From NCBI GenBank assembly GCA_046757665.1, contig JBHHYO010000079.1, forward strand, positions 1 through 12,088: a DNA stretch of 12,088 bases. The letters run 5' to 3'. Shown in pieces: positions 7,649 to 12,088 of the stretch. Source of the DNA: Nitrospinales bacterium. Its GTDB lineage: Bacteria > Nitrospinota > Nitrospinia > Nitrospinales > JAJDAT01. Below the pieces are notes generated by a model. That model did not search any database. It was not told where the DNA came from and worked only from the letters and a program-made list of their open reading frames with translations. The translations under genes were made by a program, and so were the position numbers. Position 1 is the first letter of the stretch. Each line of letters opens with the position of its first letter.

Positions 7649-7951
7649 ATGGCGAAACGCAAAATCCCCCCCATACATCCGGGCGAAATCTTGTTCGAGG
7701 AGTTTATTAAACCCATGGGTCTGAGTCAAAACCGGCTGGCTCTGGATATCGGTGTGCCGCCGCGTCGCATCAATGAAATCGTCCATGGCAAGCGGTCCGT
7801 CACCGCCGATACGGCTCTGCGCCTGGGCAGGTTCTTCGGCATGTCTCCTGAATTTTGGATTAACCTTCAAGCTCATTATGATTTGGAAGCGCAAGCGGAC
7901 AAGTTGGGCGCCCGGTTGCAACGGGAAGTCCGCGTTCACGTGTCCGCATGA
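7649..7951 (+). CDS. higA: HigA-family antitoxin (Xre HTH)
   Basis: PIHPGEILFEEF, SQNRLA, RINEIVHGKRSVTADTALRL and FWINLQAHYDL motifs. SD AGAAGGA upstream. Confidence 0.95.
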   Translation: MAKRKIPPIHPGEILFEEFIKPMGLSQNRLALDIGVPPRRINEIVHGKRSVTADTALRLGRFFGMSPEFWINLQAHYDLEAQADKLGARLQREVRVHVSA

Positions 7952-7958
7952 CAAGGCA

Positions 7959-7986
7959 TTGATTTGCGTTTGAAACGTGGCATAAT
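7959..7986 (+). promoter_or_regulatory. Candidate promoter for the FGE-domain gene (TTGATT-16 bp-CATAAT, with extended -10 TG)
   Basis: TTGATT at 7959-7964, TG-g-CATAAT at 7978-7986, followed by the small hairpin GGGTTT-TCAA-AAACCC (7989-8004) and SD GAGGAAGG (8021-8028). Confidence 0.45.
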
Positions 7987-8032
7987 GTGGGTTTTCAAAA
8001 ACCCGATGTTCGATCTCTTCGAGGAAGGTATG

Positions 8033-8788
8033 ATGAATCACCGTTCCCTTTGCCGCCTGTTGGCGGTTTCGTGTCTTGTTGTTCTGTTAACCGGCGCCGC
8101 GTTCGCCGATAGAAAAGCGCCGCTCCGCCTCGCCGGGGCATCCGATCCGCGAAGTTTGGACATGATGGTGATTGTCCCCGCCGGGGAGTTTCAGATGGGT
8201 TCCACGACGGGAGATGAGGATGAAAAACCGGTGCACAAGGTTTATCTGGATGCGTTTTACATGGATAAATATGAAGTGGTCCAGGCGGATTTTGAAAGGC
8301 TCATGGGAAGCAATCCTTCGGAGTTCAAGGACCCGGCGCGGCCAGTGGACCACGTGACGTGGATGGAGGCGAGGGAGTATTGCGAGAAAGTCGGCAAGCG
8401 CCTGCCCACCGAGGCGGAATGGGAGTACGCCGCGCGGGGCGGGCCTCACGGCGGCAAGGGTGTTCTGGGCGGTTACTGGTTCGACGGAAATTCCATGCGG
8501 CAGATCCAGCCCGTGGGACAAAAAGCGCCCAACTCCCTGGGGCTTTACGACATGCTGGGCAACGCCTGGGAATGGGTGGAAGACTGGTACGATGCCGGTT
8601 TTTACAAGACCAGTCCTTACAAAAACCCCAAGAACCCGACGCCCGACAAGTTCCGGGTTATGCGCGGCGGCTCCTGGATCGAACTGATCCATCTGATTCG
8701 CCCGACGTATCGCGGCGGCTACGTGCCGACGGCGCGCGGCACCGGCAACGGGTTTCGTTGCGTAGTCACCATTTCCACCAATGCCTGA
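8033..8788 (+). CDS. Exported formylglycine-generating-enzyme-like (FGE-sulfatase; SUMF1/EgtB/PvdO family) protein
   Basis: GEFQMGS, DEKPVHKVYL, KYEV, RLPTEAEWEYAARGG, PNSLGLYDMLGNAWEWVEDWY, RGGSW and GFRC motifs. N-terminal hydrophobic signal peptide ending AFA. Start at ATG 8030 or 8033 after the SD, rather than TTG 7964. Confidence 0.9.
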   Translation: MNHRSLCRLLAVSCLVVLLTGAAFADRKAPLRLAGASDPRSLDMMVIVPAGEFQMGSTTGDEDEKPVHKVYLDAFYMDKYEVVQADFERLMGSNPSEFKDPARPVDHVTWMEAREYCEKVGKRLPTEAEWEYAARGGPHGGKGVLGGYWFDGNSMRQIQPVGQKAPNSLGLYDMLGNAWEWVEDWYDAGFYKTSPYKNPKNPTPDKFRVMRGGSWIELIHLIRPTYRGGYVPTARGTGNGFRCVVTISTNA

Positions 8789-8797
8789 CGGCGCTCG

Positions 8798-11377
8798 TTA
8801 CTCCGTTCGCACGGCCGCCATCGGGTCTTGTTTCACGGCGGCGCGGGCGGGAATAAACCCCGCGCCGCACGACACCAGCCAGAAGGCTATCGTGGTGAAC
8901 ACGATAAATCCGTAAGGGAAGTGCGCCTGGATGGTCCAGCCGAACGATTGCTTGTTGATGACGAAAATCAGGATGTAGGAAACCACCACCCCGGCGGCCA
9001 GGCCGAGAGCCGAGGCGATCAGCCCCAGCAGTCCCGCTTCGATTAAAATCATCCGCTTGACCTGATCCTTGAAGGCGCCGAGAAAACGCAGGATGCCCAT
9101 TTCGCGCCGGCGTTCAATGACCAGGGAAACCAGGGTGTTGAGCAGTCCCAGCACGGCCACCACGACGGCGATGATCTCCAGCGAATAGGTAATGGCAAAG
9201 GTTTTGTCGAAAACGCGCAACACCTCCCGTTTAAGCTCGGCGTTACTGCGGATGAGTATTTTTTGTTTTTCGCCGATGCGCTTGACGATTTCCCGCCGCA
9301 CGCGGTCGCGTTCGCGTTTGTCCTTCAGGTAGATGACGAAACTGTTGATTCGTGGATCGTCGTAATAACGCAGGTAGGTGGTTCGGTCGATAACAACGTA
9401 ACCTCGCTCCTGGGAATAATCGTAATAGACGCCGGCGATTTCCAGGTCGAGTTTGCCCCTGGGGGTGTTCAGGGCCAGGGTGTCTCCCACGCCGACATCA
9501 TGTTTCAGGGAAAAGGCTTCCGAGACGATGGCGCGGTTTTGCCCGACCAGATGGCGGTCCAGCCGGTTGGCGGGCGGCCCGGCCTTCATCACCAGGTTGG
9601 CGTGCCGGGCCACCACCGAGAAATCGCCGGATGCCAGCGTGGCCGGCTGGTCCCGGTAGGAAATGTTCACGGCGCGGAACAGGTCCACCACCGCGACGCC
9701 GGGGATGTCCGCCAGTTTGCCGGCGCGCCGGCCGGGCATGGTGTATTGGTAATCGATGTTGCTCCCCATGGCGGGGCGGACGAACAGGTCCGCTTTCAAG
9801 GTCTGGCCGATCCAGACGACCACCGTCTCCCGGAAGCTGTGCACCATGATCGACATGCTGATGATCATCATGAAAGCCGTGGCCAGGGCGGAGACGGCGA
9901 TGGAGTTGCGCCCGACGTTTTGCGTCAGGTTGCGGCAGGCCAGCAGGCCTTCGCCGCGAAACGCCTGTTTGCAGACCCCCGCCAGCTGGCGGCGCGCCAA
10001 GGCCAGAACGCTGGGCGACAGCAGTGACAGTCCCAGGATGATCAGGAACACCGAGAAAAATCCGAAGAACGGGAAATGGTTGACGGGCGGCAGGAGCGCG
10101 CATATTCCGGCCAGGGCGAAAACCGCGCCGCCCGCCCGGCTAAGGGCGCGGTTGCCGCGGAACACTTTCAGGTCATAATCGCCCCGCCGCATCACCCGCG
10201 TTGGCGGCGTGGAAGAGGCTTCCAGGGCCGGGATCAACGCCGAAACGACGGCCAGCCCCACTCCCAGAAAAAAGTGCGGTAGTGCTTGCTCCCATCGAAA
10301 CGCAACCTCCGAAGCGTAGCTGGCGACGTAGAGGTTGTTGACGGTCAGGGAAACGGCTTGCAGGGAAAACTCCGCCAGCACGTATCCCAGGCCGATGCCG
10401 AGGAGCGTCCCGGCGGCGCCGATCACCGCCGCTTCCAGAAGAAAAATCGCGGCGACCATGCCGGGCATGGCGCCCAGGGCGCGCAGAACCCCAATCTCCA
10501 TCCGCCGCCGCACCACCGACAGGGCGATCATGTTGTAGATCAGATAAAGAGCGACAAGCAGGGAAACGAAACTCAAGGCCGTCAGGTTGTATTGAAACGC
10601 CCGCAACATTTTTTCCACTTGCCGGTTCTTGCGCTCCGGCCGGTCGACGCGCAAATAATCCGGCAACACGGCGGAAATTTTTTCCCGCATCCGCTCGAAA
10701 TCCCGGTCCCGGAGAAACGCGACGTCGATCCGGTCGAGTTTGCCGATTTTGCCGAATGCCGCCTGCGCGGCGGCGATATCCATCAAGGCGAAATTGCCGT
10801 TGAGCGCCCGCGCCACGCCCTTGTTTTCCAAAATGGCGTTGACGTTGAATGATGTTTTGACGCCGTTGATGAGAAGGTCGATCCGGTCGCCGGGCTTGAA
10901 ATCCGTTCCCGGAACGAATTTTTCCGGCAGGATAATTCCTCGCGGGTCCAGCACCAGAGGTACCAGGCCGCGCAGGTTCTGCTTCACCATTTTCAGGGAA
11001 AAGTCACGGATGCCGCTGTCTTGCAGTAGATCGGTACCCAGGATTTCGATCACCTCGTTGGAGCGCGGCTCCACCGCGTAGCCTTCGATCACCGGATAGC
11101 CCTTGACCCACTCGCGCAGGGCGAGCAGGTCGGCGAAATATTTTTCATCGAAAGGCGGACCCTCGGCGTGGATCACCGCGTCGGCGCGGCCCAGGACCAG
11201 GGCCACGCTTTCCTTGAAAGACGACAGGGTCTGCCGGTTAGCCAGTTGAATGCCGAGAAAGACCGACACGCCGATGGCCACTCCCAGCACCGTCACCGCC
11301 GTGCGAAAGGGGTCTTGCAACAGCGGACGAACGATCAACGCGAAAAACAGGTCCTTGAAATAATGGAGGGATTTCAT
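8798..11377 (-). CDS. ABC transporter permease with duplicated MacB-PCD/FtsX domains (AttF/YbbP-like)
   Basis: 859 aa with two repeats of TM, periplasmic domain and FtsX C-terminal domain. Both carry the typical motif (RRRMEIGVLRALGA; ERRREMGILRFLGA), and the second ends INKQSFGWT. Confidence 0.9.
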   Translation of the reverse strand: MKSLHYFKDLFFALIVRPLLQDPFRTAVTVLGVAIGVSVFLGIQLANRQTLSSFKESVALVLGRADAVIHAEGPPFDEKYFADLLALREWVKGYPVIEGYAVEPRSNEVIEILGTDLLQDSGIRDFSLKMVKQNLRGLVPLVLDPRGIILPEKFVPGTDFKPGDRIDLLINGVKTSFNVNAILENKGVARALNGNFALMDIAAAQAAFGKIGKLDRIDVAFLRDRDFERMREKISAVLPDYLRVDRPERKNRQVEKMLRAFQYNLTALSFVSLLVALYLIYNMIALSVVRRRMEIGVLRALGAMPGMVAAIFLLEAAVIGAAGTLLGIGLGYVLAEFSLQAVSLTVNNLYVASYASEVAFRWEQALPHFFLGVGLAVVSALIPALEASSTPPTRVMRRGDYDLKVFRGNRALSRAGGAVFALAGICALLPPVNHFPFFGFFSVFLIILGLSLLSPSVLALARRQLAGVCKQAFRGEGLLACRNLTQNVGRNSIAVSALATAFMMIISMSIMVHSFRETVVVWIGQTLKADLFVRPAMGSNIDYQYTMPGRRAGKLADIPGVAVVDLFRAVNISYRDQPATLASGDFSVVARHANLVMKAGPPANRLDRHLVGQNRAIVSEAFSLKHDVGVGDTLALNTPRGKLDLEIAGVYYDYSQERGYVVIDRTTYLRYYDDPRINSFVIYLKDKRERDRVRREIVKRIGEKQKILIRSNAELKREVLRVFDKTFAITYSLEIIAVVVAVLGLLNTLVSLVIERRREMGILRFLGAFKDQVKRMILIEAGLLGLIASALGLAAGVVVSYILIFVINKQSFGWTIQAHFPYGFIVFTTIAFWLVSCGAGFIPARAAVKQDPMAAVRTE

Positions 11378-12060
11378 TGCCCTTGCAACCGGCCGTCGCG
11401 GATTTCAAAATGCAGGTTGCCGTAGCGGGTCACCGCGGGGTTGTGGCTGACCACCACCAGGGTGGCGAAAAAATCGACGCAAACCTTTTTCATCAGGTCG
11501 AGGATTTTGAGTCCGTTCTCGGAATCCAGGTTGCCGGTGGGTTCATCCGCGAGAATGATCGCGGGCCGGTGAATGAGCGCCCGGGCGATGGCGACTCGTT
11601 GCATCTCGCCGCCGGAAAGCTCCGCCGGGAACGAATGCGCCCGGTCGAGCAGGCCGACGTATTCGAGAAGGTCGCGCGCGCGTTTGTCCTCGTTTTTGCT
11701 GGCGTGGTTCAACAACAGCGGCAGTTCCACATTCTCCCACAGGGTCAGGGTGGGTAGCAGATTGAAGAACTGGAACACGAAGCCGATTTTCTCCCGGCGC
11801 AGGCGGGTGAGTTCGCCGTCTCCCATGGCGGAAATCAAACGGCCTTGCAGATAGATTTCTCCCGCGTCCGGGCGGTCCAGCCCGCCGATGACGTTGAGCA
11901 GGGTGGTCTTGCCGCCGCCGCTCGGCCCCATGACGGTGACGAAATCGCCGCGATGGATTTTCAGGTTCACCCCGGACAGGGCGGTGACGCGGGCATTCCC
12001 GGCATGGTAATATTTCGAGACGCCGCGGAATTCGATGATGGGGGTAGAGTCCGGTTTCAT
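11374..12060 (-). CDS. ABC transporter ATP-binding protein (LolD/MacB/YbbA-like)
   Basis: Walker [11 protein letters not shown]-loop GFVFQFFNL, signature [15 protein letters not shown], Walker [13 protein letters not shown]-loop VSH. 4-nt ATGA overlap with the permease start. Confidence 0.95.
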   Translation of the reverse strand: MKPDSTPIIEFRGVSKYYHAGNARVTALSGVNLKIHRGDFVTVMGPSGGGKTTLLNVIGGLDRPDAGEIYLQGRLISAMGDGELTRLRREKIGFVFQFFNLLPTLTLWENVELPLLLNHASKNEDKRARDLLEYVGLLDRAHSFPAELSGGEMQRVAIARALIHRPAIILADEPTGNLDSENGLKILDLMKKVCVDFFATLVVVSHNPAVTRYGNLHFEIRDGRLQGQ

Positions 12061-12088
12061 AAAAAGCTTAATGGTATTAAAGTTTACG

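Noticed and set aside
7964..8029. N-terminal extension of the FGE-domain ORF from TTG 7964
   Set aside because: It overlaps the predicted promoter. The SD and signal peptide fit ATG 8030/8033.
8828..11854. Multiple + strand ORFs opposite the ABC transporter genes
   Set aside because: Antisense shadows of clear ABC genes with no independent coding signal.

Overview
GC-rich bacterial chromosomal window. On the + strand is the conserved translation cluster ffh-rpsP-khpA-rimM-trmD-(TM1570-like SPOUT methyltransferase)-rplS-rnhB, then recJ, a higBA toxin-antitoxin module and an exported FGE-sulfatase (SUMF1/EgtB/PvdO-fold) protein. A MacB/LolCDE-superfamily ABC transporter (ATPase plus double FtsX-domain permease) converges from the - strand. 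Gene content resembles Nitrospinota or deltaproteobacteria, but this is an unverified impression. The genes are mostly ordinary; the interest lies between them. Four intergenic gaps carry REP-like palindromic elements of two families. Family A has inverted copies at 1459-1545 and 4712-4794. Family B has inverted doublets at 3540-3601 and 5422-5520, whose four 27-nt units show compensatory stem changes around a conserved GA-GCCYGTC-GA loop. One family B doublet is nested in a 125-bp MITE with 15-bp TIRs and a TTAG direct repeat. No mobilising enzyme is encoded in the window. higB appears to be leaderless, with a palindromic operator inside its promoter.
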